A stretch of DNA of 40,334 nt from a virus (lineage: Duplodnaviria; Caudoviricetes): positions 1 through 40,334 of the IMG/VR virus record IMGVR_UViG_3300032218_000672; one strand, 5' to 3'. Numbering within the stretch: the stretch's first letter is position 1; each line of letters begins with the position of its first letter. The notes beneath the pieces were generated by a model. That model searched no databases. It was not told the origin of the DNA and saw only the letters and a program-made list of their open reading frames with translations. This document shows, in pieces, positions 10,001 through 19,336 of this stretch. Position numbers and translations under genes: made by a program.

Positions 10001-11647
10001 AATTTGGCCGACAACAAAACGGTGCAGGATGTTCTTAATGCGGAGACTATGCAAACAGTCACCATTATTGGCCAGCGTCCAACTCCCACACCGACGCCGA
10101 CACCAACTGTAACTCCAACACCGACAGTAACTTTTATTGACCCTAACATAATCAAAGTTACCCCAACACCTACGCCAACACCCACTCCAAGTGTTACACC
10201 GACCCCTACACCGACCCCAACACCTACTCCTACGCCTGATGTAACACCTACACCAGTCGTTACCCCAACACCAAGCGTTACACCTACTCCAACTCCAACA
10301 CCGAGTGTTACGCCTACCCCAACACCGACTCCAACACCGACAGTAACGCCTACGCCTACTGTTACACCTACACCTACACCTACACCCACACCCACACCCA
10401 CACCCACACCCACGCCTACGCCTACGCCTACGCCTACGCCAAGTGTCACTCCTACACCCACGCCTACGCCCACCCCAAGCGTCACACCAACGCCGACCCC
10501 AACTCCAACTCCAACTCCAACTCCAACTCCAAGCGTAACGCCCACACCCACGCCTACCCCAACTCCAAGCGTTACGCCTACACCTACACCGACGCCTACG
10601 CCAAGCGTTACTCCGACTCCGACTCCGACTCCGACTCCGACTCCTACGCCTACGCCGACTCCTACTCCTACTCCTACTCCTACGCCAACACCTAGCCCCA
10701 GTCCGTCGCCTAGCCCTAGCCCATCGCCAAGTCCTAGCCCAACACCGACTCCCACGCCGACGCCTACTCCGACGCCGCCTGTTACGCCTACGCCTACGCC
10801 GCCAGTAACACCGACGCCTACGCCGACTCCTACGCCTACACCGACCCCGTCGGTTACGCCCACGCCAACTCCGACGCCAAGCGTTACACCGACTCCTACT
10901 CCCACGCCAACTCCAACATCGACGCCGACTCCTAAGCCAACGTCTAAGTCATCGGCTGGGGTACAGGCGGCGATGACATCTCCCGGCGTATCTGGGACAA
11001 TTGAGCCATTGAAAGCTGTAATGCTTCAGGCGTTCATGACCAGAGACAAATTTAAAGACCCTCTGGAAAAATTGCATTTAATACAGGAAGCCTCTGGTAG
11101 GGCTGAGCAAAATATGATCAATCAAGGAATTAACCCTCGATTAGCCCAAATCATGGCTGATCGCATGACGGACGACGTATCCGACCAAGCTGGTGTTGAA
11201 TCCCCCTCAGATTCCTCATGGCGCTATGGCCAAACCCCAGAAAACCTTGACGACTTGTTTGGTCAAAAACAAGAGCTGGCATTTAAATCTGGTGGTTTTG
11301 TAGCTCCCTTGCAAATGGCCTCTGGTGGTGCAATGCCTTTGCCTTTGTTGGTCAAGTCAGGTGGGGCTTTACCTAGAGGCGATGGCAGATTAGACTTCAG
11401 GCATGGCGCTCACGTTGCTGGTGAGGGTGACGGGCAGTCTGATGACATTAAGGCAATGCTGGCTGATGGTGAGTTTGTGTTCCCTGCGGACGTAGTTTCT
11501 GCGCTAGGAAATGGCTCAACTAAGGCTGGATCAGATAAACTATACGAAATGATGCATTCAATACGATCACGCGCACGATCCAAGGGGCCCAAGGATCTAC
11601 CGCCACCTGCATTGAAGTCACCACTTGATTACCTGAAAAAACGGTAA
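7025..11647 (+). CDS. Giant internal virion / ejection protein with Pro-Thr repeats and tape-measure-like C-terminal domain
   Basis: 1540 aa; PT tracts; hydrophobic Gly/Ala middle region; C-terminal [24 protein letters not shown] motif; lies after the nozzle gene. Confidence 0.7.
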   Translation: MALSDAYKYATAEGGIGLDAYYGNINSFLANNPDQQAIADAMAQYGVSQEDVAAARALTATPASGLSAVTSGKNTVLDDKTTFNNGSTGALTQVTGNTGSTTGALTQATDGASSTTGLTTGATTGSTTGSTTGALETATTGTADTSGSTSATTGATTGTAFDLITNAWLNGDFAGTANIIKVAGLTPAQVQAYYSLDDATMDYVFGTGVFGTQTPTPTPTPTPTSIVTTPTPTPTVVDTLVTPTPTPVVTPVVTPTPTPTPTLLPTPTPTPTPTPTPTPTPTPTSKPEDLVNYANLNIKLDKNVLSSLTSQIQTITNLTGANKYWSGGAFNAGQGANIGFDANVGASILGLDSINNQQQVALDMAAFLASKGITNLNQIGYGDIIGDIPVRLQPTYDENNNVTGYIKYDPTTDSYVPVSKDEMAKYHLADFGDGNTGYAMTGVVGQGVINKATGERIDDGSGKFGATYTGKGGTEYRVQVDPSTGLPIFYTNGVSSNTLANILTDLGPIGQIGIAIATSGMSIPAQIGTQFAIQVLSGQDINASIKNALASYLGNEILTTAGIADISKQLNAIDSTGMLAKAFQGSVVGATKGVVTGQDVFDSAKIGFIQGGTSGAADAIMANFGDQLSGLSKTQQAALKTLITGTLSNKPLDQALIDSIISGVSTEIKSNKAANTATATKLTDAGIGSAESTALALSGFDESDMSYLKNGTKPDADTARALIAIGINPETGKFLTGDYTAGGGELVAGPGGINNKTTQVQYDSTGKPSTISFVDINGVTQNLPVSLDKQGNMTYQENGKTVSLVTDASGKPITMPFIDDNGKLTQLNVKQDAATGKIYFDLNGTPTIVPPDQMISVLARKYPDQFLKASDEFYGGIGKEATDLNAKLTEVLQREGLLPGATSIDTVDTTTKTKPSTFDNFWSKVDLKAATMGEVGDIAGAIDNPVVQNILRSGQAQGFINNIKEYFDKADLGTDDKKYYQDLMKEIITQFPNLADNKTVQDVLNAETMQTVTIIGQRPTPTPTPTPTVTPTPTVTFIDPNIIKVTPTPTPTPTPSVTPTPTPTPTPTPTPDVTPTPVVTPTPSVTPTPTPTPSVTPTPTPTPTPTVTPTPTVTPTPTPTPTPTPTPTPTPTPTPTPTPSVTPTPTPTPTPSVTPTPTPTPTPTPTPTPSVTPTPTPTPTPSVTPTPTPTPTPSVTPTPTPTPTPTPTPTPTPTPTPTPTPTPSPSPSPSPSPSPSPSPTPTPTPTPTPTPPVTPTPTPPVTPTPTPTPTPTPTPSVTPTPTPTPSVTPTPTPTPTPTSTPTPKPTSKSSAGVQAAMTSPGVSGTIEPLKAVMLQAFMTRDKFKDPLEKLHLIQEASGRAEQNMINQGINPRLAQIMADRMTDDVSDQAGVESPSDSSWRYGQTPENLDDLFGQKQELAFKSGGFVAPLQMASGGAMPLPLLVKSGGALPRGDGRLDFRHGAHVAGEGDGQSDDIKAMLADGEFVFPADVVSALGNGSTKAGSDKLYEMMHSIRSRARSKGPKDLPPPALKSPLDYLKKR
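7666..7876 (+). repeat. Pro-Thr coding repeat tract 1
   Basis: (CCN ACN)n with Val interruptions, about 70 codons. Confidence 0.95.
10079..10940 (+). repeat. Pro-Thr/Pro-Ser coding repeat tract 2
   Basis: About 285 codons; higher-order SVT(PT)n units and perfect hexamer runs (ACACCC)x5, (CCAACT)x5, (CCGACT)x5. Confidence 0.97.
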
Positions 11648-11658
11648 GGAGCTAGAAA

Positions 11659-12636
11659 ATGGGATTATTCCAAGGCGAAGCGCCACCAAATGTAGAGACG
11701 TTCAAGTCAACGGGCGTCACGGCTCCCCAGTACCTGACCGACTATCTGACCCAGCTTGCTAAGCAGGGCCAACAGTCTTTGGGCACAACAGACCCAACAA
11801 CAGGCGCGTACACGGCGCCGACGTACGACACAATGAAGGCGGCTGGTGAGCCGTACGTTGCCCCGCTAAGTACGCTACAGACGGGTGCGGCCACGGCCGC
11901 CCCTACAGACCTGTATCGCTATCAAGATCCAATGAATCTGGCCTACTCGACAGGTCAAGAAGCTACAGGCATAAGTCAAGCGGACATCTCTAAGTTTTAC
12001 AACCCGTACGAGAACGCCGTTGTTGGCGGTATGGGCGCCCAAAGCGCTACAAATGTCCAACGTAACCTTATGCCTCAGCTTAAGGCTGGTTTTGTGGGTT
12101 CTGGTGGTTTGGGTAGCTCACGCTATGCCAACGCTATGGGCCAAACAATGGGCGACGTAAACACCTCTCTTTTGCAAGAGCAAAATAAAGCTCGCATGTC
12201 TGGTTATCAATCAGCCCTAGATGCCGCCATGCGCGAGATGAGCGGACAGACACAAGCTACGCAGGCACTGGGCACATTGGGCGCTCAGGAACAGCAAGCC
12301 GCAACGACAGGTCTAAAGTCACAAGCTGACATTGGCGCTATAGAGCAGGCTCAGAACCAAGCATTGATCAACGCGCCCACCACAATGGCTGGTAACGTCG
12401 CTCAGATCCTACGTGGTTATACATACCCAACGACAACAGAAGAGACGTACAAGGGCCCTGCGTCTTCTTACGGCCCATCTATCCTGTCTCAGATTGGGGG
12501 TCTTGGTTCGTTCTTGGGTAGCGGTACAAATGCGACCAACAGTGGCTGGCTTGATAAGGCTGGTGCTTGGGCAAGCAACTTGTTTTCTAGCCCAACAGTT
12601 GCGCCAGCCGACCTCACAGACTGGAACCCTCCCTGA
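11659..12636 (+). CDS. Putative DNA-transfer/pilot internal virion protein
   Basis: 325 aa Gln/Ala/Gly-rich; NPY, GGLGSSR motifs; C-terminal Gly-rich hydrophobic segment; AGGAG RBS. Confidence 0.6.
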   Translation: MGLFQGEAPPNVETFKSTGVTAPQYLTDYLTQLAKQGQQSLGTTDPTTGAYTAPTYDTMKAAGEPYVAPLSTLQTGAATAAPTDLYRYQDPMNLAYSTGQEATGISQADISKFYNPYENAVVGGMGAQSATNVQRNLMPQLKAGFVGSGGLGSSRYANAMGQTMGDVNTSLLQEQNKARMSGYQSALDAAMREMSGQTQATQALGTLGAQEQQAATTGLKSQADIGAIEQAQNQALINAPTTMAGNVAQILRGYTYPTTTEETYKGPASSYGPSILSQIGGLGSFLGSGTNATNSGWLDKAGAWASNLFSSPTVAPADLTDWNPP

Positions 12637-12645
12637 AAGTAAGAC

Positions 12646-14394
12646 ATGGCAACAGCACCAAATTTGGCATTGGGTTATGGCTCGGACGCCTATACCAAAT
12701 ATGAAGACGCTCAGAAGCGCCTTGACGACATCTTGTCTCAGCGTGAGAATAGGTTGTTCGATCCTGTTATGTTGGCAATGTCGCAAGGTTTTCTTGCGCC
12801 CACAAAAACGGGATCTTTTGGTGAATCTCTTGGTAACGTAGCCGCCGCAGTTGGCCCAGCTCAGGCCAATGAAGACAAGCGTGCAATGGACATGGCCAAG
12901 ATGCGCCTAGACGTGGCTCAGCAAGGCTTGACTACTGACATCGGTCTTCAGCAACAAAAGAACATTGCCGCTGATATTGCAAAAAACACTACTGGCTACG
13001 TGCCACCCACTACAGCCCCAGCCGCTCCCTCTGCCGCTCAAGGGTCGCAGGCCGCTGGCGCTAGTGTGATGCCTTCTAATGTTGGCGCTCCTCCCGTTGC
13101 TTTGCCTTCTGCTGGTGGCGCTCTGCCTTCTGGCCCAGCTATGCCTGCGGCTCCCGCGGCTCCTCCACAAGGCCCCTTGTCTACGGTTGCTCAGGCACCC
13201 CAAGCACAGCAACCACCTACTGGCATTTTGGGTGGTATTCCGCTTGGTATTCCAGTGACAAGCGGTGGCATGAACATGTCGCCTGATGAGGCAAATATCG
13301 TCAAAATTGGCATGGCTCAGGGTAAGACTTTGCCTGACATGTACAAGTACGTTAGTGATCGAAGGAACGACGACACGGTGTGGAAGGAAGGGTTTGGTGT
13401 TCATCGCCCAACCAATACGTTTATTCCTGCGCCGTCTGCTGAGCAGGTGGAGATCCAGTTGCCCGGCGACAAAGCGCCACGCAAAGTCTTCAAGAGCGAT
13501 TCAATGGCTCTACAGCACTATGCTCAGACCAACGATCCTCGCTACAACGAAGTTCTTGATCGCATGAAGAACGGCCCACAGGTTGCGCGCCAGCCAGTTG
13601 TGCAAACTGGTTCACCGCCCGGCACCGCTCCCGCTCCACAAGTTGGCTTGCCAACAACAAGCGACGTTGCCGCCGAAAAAGCTCGCTTAGAGGCTGAAGC
13701 TTCAGAGGCAGGAAAAGGTGCAGGCAAGCGCACCAGCGCGGCCTTGGATAAGTACGAACAGGCCCTAGAGTCTAAGAACGCGGCCATCTCTGTGAAGGAG
13801 CTGATTGCACAGCCCGGCGCAGATCTGACCATGGGCGTCTTTGAAAAGCCCACAATTAAAGCCGCCATTGCAGGCATGGTTAGCAACAAGGCGTTTGATG
13901 AAGATAAGTTCCGAGAGGCTTATACCAAGCTGAATATCAAATTCAACGTACCTAAAAAATTAAACGAGTCTGAGCAAGACTACACTCAGCGCAAGCAGGA
14001 AATGTTTGATCGCTCACGCGAGGTTGCATCACAAGCCGCGATGTTGCAGTTCCAAGTTAGCTTGTTGGCCAAAGGTCAAGGCCAAATTTCTAACAATGAG
14101 CGTCAGTTATTTGCCAACACAACTCTTGGCATCAAAGATTCTGTCAGCACCATGAACAGAAAAGCTGACATGATCATTGAGCGAGGTAACTTTGCTCAAA
14201 ATGTTGCCAATGCTTTGAACAAGGACAAAATATCCCTTGATCAATTTAAGCTCACGCCTGAGTACAAAGCTATGGAAAAAGCTTACGAGAACAAGTTGCG
14301 TAGTATCTGGAATCCCAACGCTACCCAATCTGGTGGAGCGCAGGGTTCACCTGACCTTGAGGCCGCACGCAAAAGACTTGCGGAGAAACTCTGA
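12646..14394 (+). CDS. Putative ejection (internal virion) protein
   Basis: 582 aa; GFLAPTKTGSFGESLG N-terminal motif, Pro/Ala linker, helical C-terminus with GQISNNE. Confidence 0.6.
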   Translation: MATAPNLALGYGSDAYTKYEDAQKRLDDILSQRENRLFDPVMLAMSQGFLAPTKTGSFGESLGNVAAAVGPAQANEDKRAMDMAKMRLDVAQQGLTTDIGLQQQKNIAADIAKNTTGYVPPTTAPAAPSAAQGSQAAGASVMPSNVGAPPVALPSAGGALPSGPAMPAAPAAPPQGPLSTVAQAPQAQQPPTGILGGIPLGIPVTSGGMNMSPDEANIVKIGMAQGKTLPDMYKYVSDRRNDDTVWKEGFGVHRPTNTFIPAPSAEQVEIQLPGDKAPRKVFKSDSMALQHYAQTNDPRYNEVLDRMKNGPQVARQPVVQTGSPPGTAPAPQVGLPTTSDVAAEKARLEAEASEAGKGAGKRTSAALDKYEQALESKNAAISVKELIAQPGADLTMGVFEKPTIKAAIAGMVSNKAFDEDKFREAYTKLNIKFNVPKKLNESEQDYTQRKQEMFDRSREVASQAAMLQFQVSLLAKGQGQISNNERQLFANTTLGIKDSVSTMNRKADMIIERGNFAQNVANALNKDKISLDQFKLTPEYKAMEKAYENKLRSIWNPNATQSGGAQGSPDLEAARKRLAEKL

Positions 14395-15986
14395 TGGCAA
14401 AAGAACTAACCTTTATCAAGAACCTCGACGCAGAGCAAATTGAATATGCCATGAAGGTTCGCCAAGCGGCTGATGCTCTTGGCGTGAATCCTACTTTGGC
14501 TTTAGCAATTGCCTACCATGAGAGCCGGTTTAGACCTAATGTCAAAAGAGGTGAGGACGGTGAAGTTGGTCTAATGCAAATCAAGCCCTCGACAGCGGCG
14601 GGTTTGGGCTACACCATGCAGGACATCTTAAAGCCAGAGAAGAACATCGAGGCTGGCGTCAAGTACATCAAAGAAGCCTTGGACGTTACTGGTAACGACA
14701 TGCGTTTAGCCCCAATCTACTACAACGGTGGCCCGACAACATTTGGCAAGTTTGCCAGTGGTCAGGATTATGACCCAAAGGTTGACGGCTATTTGAAAGC
14801 TCTCAAGAGCTACAACACGTTTGAAGCCTTTGATCCTTCTCAGTTAACAGAACCCAAAGCTCCCAGCTCTACACCTATCCCCAAGGTCGAGGTTAAAGAC
14901 CCCACCAAGGCTGAGATGCAGTTTGAAGAGCAAGGCCAAAAAGAGCTGACTCGTGACGAGTTTGGCTTGTATGGTGGTGCGGCTGGTGCCGCCGCCGCCG
15001 CGTCTGCCGCTGGCGCTCCTTTGGCCACCAACATGGCCACCAAGACCATTGGCAACATCTTGGCTCAAGTTCAGCAGGCCAAGGCTCAGAATATGCCTCC
15101 AGCGGCCCCACAGGCCCCTACAGGCGGTTTTCCTGCTGGTGGTGCACCTGCGACCCCACAAATGCCTACAGGCGCTCCTATGGGCGGTTTGCCAAGTACC
15201 CAACGTGGAGCTCCCATGGGGCCAGCCGATGCGGGTCGAATGGCTCAGGGCCAAACGGGCGTCATTCCTTACAACACAAGCAAGGCGCTTGGCTTGACGG
15301 ACATCGAAGCTGGGCAGGCTCTAAGCAACACCAAGCAACAGGGTGGCGCTTGGGATCTTGCAGAGAAGCGCCGTGAGGCAATGACCAGAATTCAAGGCAT
15401 GGGCGGCAACAACTTTGTTGAGAACCCACGGTTTGGCGGAATCATGACCCAAGCCCCCAGCGTTGGTGGGGGCCCACGCGAGTCCTTTGTGATGCGGCCA
15501 GAGGTTCCCCCCAGCCCAGAGCTTCCCGGTGGCCAGCCGTCACAGCTTGCACAATTACCCAAGGCGCCGGCGATCCCCACCGTGGCCCCGCCACCTTCTG
15601 GCTTGGAGCAGGCTAAAAACATGTTCACAAGCATGATGCGCCAAACAGCTAAAGTCTTGCCTTACGTGGCCGCTCCTGTTGCTGGCTATAGCTTAGGTCG
15701 TGACGTTGCAGACCTGTACATGGGCTATGAGCAACCCAAAGAAGAGCGGGATTACTTAGACCTTGGCCTGACGGGCTTGGGCGCTCTGGCCACTATGGGC
15801 TCGTACACCCCGCTGGCTCCCGTGGCCATCCCGGCATCTATTGCCGCGCCGGCAGTTAGGAACCTGCGTCGCACATTGATCGAGAAGGCCCAATCCCCAG
15901 AGGAGCAGGCGTTTATCAACAGAGAGCCAACCGAAGAAGAATTATTGATGGCGCGACAGCCAGCTTTTAGGTATGCTAGGCCTTGA
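14394..15986 (+). CDS. Internal virion protein with N-terminal lytic transglycosylase (SLT) domain
   Basis: AYHESRF (catalytic E), GLMQIKPSTA, NIEAGVKY, YYNGGP; hydrophobic segments near the C-terminus. Confidence 0.85.
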   Translation: MAKELTFIKNLDAEQIEYAMKVRQAADALGVNPTLALAIAYHESRFRPNVKRGEDGEVGLMQIKPSTAAGLGYTMQDILKPEKNIEAGVKYIKEALDVTGNDMRLAPIYYNGGPTTFGKFASGQDYDPKVDGYLKALKSYNTFEAFDPSQLTEPKAPSSTPIPKVEVKDPTKAEMQFEEQGQKELTRDEFGLYGGAAGAAAAASAAGAPLATNMATKTIGNILAQVQQAKAQNMPPAAPQAPTGGFPAGGAPATPQMPTGAPMGGLPSTQRGAPMGPADAGRMAQGQTGVIPYNTSKALGLTDIEAGQALSNTKQQGGAWDLAEKRREAMTRIQGMGGNNFVENPRFGGIMTQAPSVGGGPRESFVMRPEVPPSPELPGGQPSQLAQLPKAPAIPTVAPPPSGLEQAKNMFTSMMRQTAKVLPYVAAPVAGYSLGRDVADLYMGYEQPKEERDYLDLGLTGLGALATMGSYTPLAPVAIPASIAAPAVRNLRRTLIEKAQSPEEQAFINREPTEEELLMARQPAFRYARP

Positions 15987-16033
15987 GTTCATTTGACTCT
16001 CCTCCAAGTGACTACATGCAGTTGCCACTTGTT

Positions 16034-16060
16034 AGCCCCCCTCATACGGGGGCTTTTTTT
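16034..16060 (+). terminator. Rho-independent terminator at the convergence of late and early transcription
   Basis: AGCCCCC-ctcatac-GGGGGCT followed by a T run. Confidence 0.9.
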
Positions 16061-16274
16061 ATGCGTTTCCAACAGGCGCGCAGAGCATGAACAGGACTTG
16101 CTTGCGTTCGTGCTCTACGTCGTCCATGGCAACGTCATAACCATGCTCTAAAACCAACGAAAACAGCTTGGCTTTGTAAGCCTCTTCAGACTTACAGCCT
16201 TTGTCAAAGCACTTGGTTAATCGCTCTATGGCATCCCAATCTGCTTCTAATTCGCCTTTTGCGTCAATTTTCAT
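16059..16274 (-). CDS. Hypothetical protein
   Basis: Probable start MKIDAKG at 16274; last gene of the leftward operon. Confidence 0.55.
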   Translation of the reverse strand: MKIDAKGELEADWDAIERLTKCFDKGCKSEEAYKAKLFSLVLEHGYDVAMDDVEHERKQVLFMLCAPVGNA

Positions 16275-16500
16275 CAAGATCATGTTCAAACCGCTTGGCA
16301 TCCACGAGGTCGTCAAACTCGTGGCATTCCCTGCGATCTCGTGGGTCGGTATCCCATTCTAACTTTTTAGCAAAGTCTCGTACAGCATAGTACCTTTGGG
16401 AGTCCTCAGACCAGCCCTTGATGGCGTCTAGGAAGGATGGGAGCTGTGACGGCTTCCAACCCTCCCCAAACAGCTCAGTGACGAAGTCCTTGGGCGTCAT
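16264..16500 (-). CDS. Hypothetical protein
   Basis: 78 aa; ATGA overlap with the upstream gene. Confidence 0.6.
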   Translation of the reverse strand: MTPKDFVTELFGEGWKPSQLPSFLDAIKGWSEDSQRYYAVRDFAKKLEWDTDPRDRRECHEFDDLVDAKRFEHDLDEN

Positions 16501-16724
16501 AGGTTCTCACGATACTCGCCAAGGGCACGGGCCACATTGGTGTTCAGCGTGTTAACGAACTTGATGCACATGTCTCGCTCTGTGCGAATGATCATTGGCA
16601 GAGCGGCCATGATGAAGCCGTCGGCCAGCTTTACAAGGTCTTCCTCGAGGAAGTTGTAGTTTTCCTCAAGGTAGATGTTGCGAAAGGCTTCTTTGATTTG
16701 TTCTTTGTCGAGGTATGGATTCAT
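16497..16724 (-). CDS. Hypothetical protein
   Basis: 75 aa; ATGA-coupled on both sides; ER..C motif common in small phage proteins. Confidence 0.65.
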   Translation of the reverse strand: MNPYLDKEQIKEAFRNIYLEENYNFLEEDLVKLADGFIMAALPMIIRTERDMCIKFVNTLNTNVARALGEYRENL

Positions 16725-16945
16725 GGCGCCGCCTTTGCCAGTTGTGCTTTTTTCTCAGCTCTTTTACGTGCTGTGTACTTGCGCATGTACTCTGCCTGCT
16801 TTTTCTTTTGCAGAGCTGTTTTTTGGGCTGGTTTATGCAGTTTTGCCTCTATAAACCTCAAAGATGTGTAGAGACCTTCTACAGACAGCTCAAGACTTGC
16901 AATCTTGTGCAACATGCGATTCTTTTCTTTTGTTGAAATAAACAT
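16721..16945 (-). CDS. Basic hypothetical protein
   Basis: 74 aa; AAGGA RBS; Lys/Arg-rich EYMRKY tail. Confidence 0.65.
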   Translation of the reverse strand: MFISTKEKNRMLHKIASLELSVEGLYTSLRFIEAKLHKPAQKTALQKKKQAEYMRKYTARKRAEKKAQLAKAAP

Positions 16946-16954
16946 AATTTTTCC

Positions 16955-17122
16955 TTAAACAATACCAAACCAAATGGCAGTTCCATGGATCCAAGCGATG
17001 GGAAACAAGATCGCGCCAGCAATCAAGAAGCCCCACGAGGCGGTTTTGAGACAGACCACGATGTGTGTGATCCAAGATGCGATGACCCAAACGATCAAGA
17101 TAAAGGGTAGCAGTTCGTCCAT
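16955..17122 (-). CDS. Small two-TM membrane protein
   Basis: Start MDELLPF at 17122 after GAGG RBS; almost entirely hydrophobic 55 aa. Confidence 0.65.
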   Translation of the reverse strand: MDELLPFILIVWVIASWITHIVVCLKTASWGFLIAGAILFPIAWIHGTAIWFGIV

Positions 17123-17129
17123 GATTTCC

Positions 17130-17891
17130 TCACTTATGTTTGTTTTTAGCTTGCCAGTACTTGAGCAGGTGGTAGAACATTTCCTCCCCGCGCTCGAGTT
17201 CCTCTTCTGACCATTCTTTGACGACCACAAGGCCCGGCTCCGTAACCGACACAAAGACATTTGCACAGCGCGCTTTGGACAGGTTCAGCCCCAACCTGTA
17301 AGCGGCCAGTTGCATGACGTGCTCGTCAAAGGCCTCGACCTTCTCTGGATCTGTGAATTCCTTTGTTTTAAAGTCAATCACAATCCCGTCGCCGTCGTCG
17401 GTGTGTAGGTCAAGCTTCCCGCCGTAGCCCAGATCGCAGGCAAATGACTTCTCAGAGACCCAGTTAGGTTCGCCAAAGACCTTCTTAACCTCTTCCCCTA
17501 CGCCCATTTGGTACTCAATCATGGGGGAGATCATCACCCCTTCGTACCAATTCTCAAGCGCCGTGTGGATCTCGGTACCCCTTTGGGCGGCGGCACGGGC
17601 GTGTTCTTTTGAGTCTTTGATGACTCGCTGAACGTACGACTCTTCAGGCTCGTCTGGCGCCCTTGGGAGGGTCATGGAGGCCAGCATCATTTGGTTAAGC
17701 TTCCAAGCCTCTAGGCCCGGCTTGGCGGCGCATCCAATGATGGTCGTCACCGACGGTACAAGGTTCATCTTGCGCGCATCGGCTAACGTGGTGTTGCGCG
17801 GGTTCCCGTTCTTAGCCTCCACGGTGTACTTCGGCGCCCCCTCGCGGGTGTACCAGTGGCTACTTTCACTGGCGCGTACGGTAATGCTCAT
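17130..17891 (-). CDS. PD-(D/E)XK exonuclease (Cas4-like / phage recombination nuclease)
   Basis: PSVTTI, RGTEIH, SE, GKLDL, IDFKT, QLAAY motifs. Confidence 0.88.
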   Translation of the reverse strand: MSITVRASESSHWYTREGAPKYTVEAKNGNPRNTTLADARKMNLVPSVTTIIGCAAKPGLEAWKLNQMMLASMTLPRAPDEPEESYVQRVIKDSKEHARAAAQRGTEIHTALENWYEGVMISPMIEYQMGVGEEVKKVFGEPNWVSEKSFACDLGYGGKLDLHTDDGDGIVIDFKTKEFTDPEKVEAFDEHVMQLAAYRLGLNLSKARCANVFVSVTEPGLVVVKEWSEEELERGEEMFYHLLKYWQAKNKHK

Positions 17892-18199
17892 TGAGTCCCC
17901 TTTAATTTATAAATTCCAACAACCCTTGCATGAGCGGACGGGTTTGCAGATTGCTTGTAACCAATCTTTTCCCAAACATTCTCACGAAAGATTGAACCTG
18001 TTGCGTTTGGATGCACAGCCTCTGGGCGACTGCACATTGACAGAACCTCATCGATTGATACCGAACCGTGCAAGGCGGCAAGCGCCTTGGCTGTACTACG
18101 GGCCTTGTCAACCCAAGTTTTGTTATGGTCGTACACCTTCTGGACTCCAACATCCCGAAGGCGTACACCCGCCAGCAAATCAAGCGTGTAGTTGTCCAT
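17888..18199 (-). CDS. Hypothetical protein (possible winged-helix DNA binder)
   Basis: 103 aa; HPNATGSIF...SAHAR; coupled to the nuclease gene. Confidence 0.6.
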   Translation of the reverse strand: MDNYTLDLLAGVRLRDVGVQKVYDHNKTWVDKARSTAKALAALHGSVSIDEVLSMCSRPEAVHPNATGSIFRENVWEKIGYKQSANPSAHARVVGIYKLKGTQ

Positions 18200-18201
18200 G
18201 A

Positions 18202-18858
18202 TCAGAAGGGAAGATCATCTTCCATGTCGTCAAAGCCGCTAGAAGGGGCCTTAGAGGCCTTTGGAGCAGGTTTCTTGCCTTGGAGAGCCTGCCACTCAGG
18301 CGAGGACTCAATAACCGCCTTGAGGCCCTTTCCGAAGGTTTCAAACAGTTCGTAGTCAGGATCGGCCAAGCGGAACTCTTGGGTAGGGTTCACGCCTTGG
18401 GGCAGGCCTGTTTGTTTGATAACCGACGGGACAGGCGCTACGCCCTTGATGTTGGAGAACATCTTGCCGTTCTTGCCGGGCCTTTGAATCACCGTCACCA
18501 TGCACCACGCACCAAGAATGGTGGAGATGTCAAAGCGGCGCAACTCTACGTCCGTGAAGGGCTTGTTTCTCCAGTTCTGGAGGTCAAGGCGCAGGCTGGC
18601 CTTCTCGTGCCAGCTCAGCGTGTAGTTCTTAAAGATGGCCATGGGCCTGCCGTCATCCGTGACAAGCTTGTTGCCGTCGTCGTCCTCGCCGTGGAGCTCC
18701 CAAAACAGGGAGATCTTGCGCTGTTTTTTCTCTACGCCGTCGTACTCAGAGCGTTGTGTACCAATGTCAATGATGCGGTAGCAACGCGCTAGGTGTAGGC
18801 CTGCTGGGACTTGCTTAAAGTCGCTGGTTGGGCCCGTGTCTTCTACGATAAAGCTCAT
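18202..18858 (-). CDS. Single-stranded DNA-binding-like protein
   Basis: PAGLHLARCYRIIDIGTQ, YTLSWHEKASLR; acidic tail DDMEDDLPF; adjacent to the exonuclease. Confidence 0.75.
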   Translation of the reverse strand: MSFIVEDTGPTSDFKQVPAGLHLARCYRIIDIGTQRSEYDGVEKKQRKISLFWELHGEDDDGNKLVTDDGRPMAIFKNYTLSWHEKASLRLDLQNWRNKPFTDVELRRFDISTILGAWCMVTVIQRPGKNGKMFSNIKGVAPVPSVIKQTGLPQGVNPTQEFRLADPDYELFETFGKGLKAVIESSPEWQALQGKKPAPKASKAPSSGFDDMEDDLPF

Positions 18859-19019
18859 AATTTTTCCTTAAAGATTTGATCAAATTGTCGAGTAAATTGG
18901 TTAATGAATTCGTCTAGGTTGGGTGCTGTTTTGGTTGCCTCCTCAAGTAAATATTTAGTGTATTCCTGCTGTGCAACAGGGTCGTTTTTCCATTCTTCGT
19001 ATTCTTTGTGCGTTGACAT
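18855..19019 (-). CDS. 54-aa hypothetical protein (absent from the ORF track)
   Basis: MSTHKEYEEWKNDPVAQQEY...IFKEKL*; ATGA overlap with the SSB-like gene. Confidence 0.6.
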   Translation of the reverse strand: MSTHKEYEEWKNDPVAQQEYTKYLLEEATKTAPNLDEFINQFTRQFDQIFKEKL

Positions 19020-19027
19020 GGTGATTC

Positions 19028-19237
19028 TCACTCCCAGTCCCCGAAGAACAACGCCGCTCCCACGTAGTCAGGAAGGTAGGCGCCGCCGCTGTAGATGTGG
19101 TTGATGTCCACGTTGTCGTTCATGCCAGTAGCTACACCCATGATGTAGTACAGCGTCTCTGTGTGCCAATCAAGCACCATCAAGATGCCTATACGACCTT
19201 TGCTGGTGTCGTACCAAAGTACGTCTTGTAAGTTCAT
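19028..19237 (-). CDS. Hypothetical protein
   Basis: 69 aa from ATG 19237; TGATG coupling to the upstream peptide. Confidence 0.6.
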   Translation of the reverse strand: MNLQDVLWYDTSKGRIGILMVLDWHTETLYYIMGVATGMNDNVDINHIYSGGAYLPDYVGAALFFGDWE

Positions 19238-19335
19238 CAAGGTCTCCAGATAAAAATGTCAAGGGCCAAGATCACTGCGCCTATGGCAAACAGGATCACG
19301 TTAATTTGCATGGTGCGGAATTCTTTGTCGTTCAT
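19237..19335 (-). CDS. 32-aa TM peptide (absent from the ORF track)
   Basis: MNDKEFRTMQINVILFAIGAVILALDIFIWRP*; GGAG RBS; fills the gap. Confidence 0.6.
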   Translation of the reverse strand: MNDKEFRTMQINVILFAIGAVILALDIFIWRP

Positions 19336-19336
19336 G

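Noticed and set aside
9964-10905. 313-aa Gly-Val repeat ORF on the minus strand (also 7660-7845)
   Set aside because: Antisense shadow of the Pro-Thr codons, which cannot produce stops on the reverse strand in that frame.
10079-10940. CRISPR array or non-coding satellite
   Set aside because: No constant repeat with unique spacers; third positions vary while the Pro-Thr reading is preserved.
17130-17891. CRISPR-associated Cas4
   Set aside because: No Fe-S Cys cluster, cas genes or array; context fits a phage recombination nuclease.
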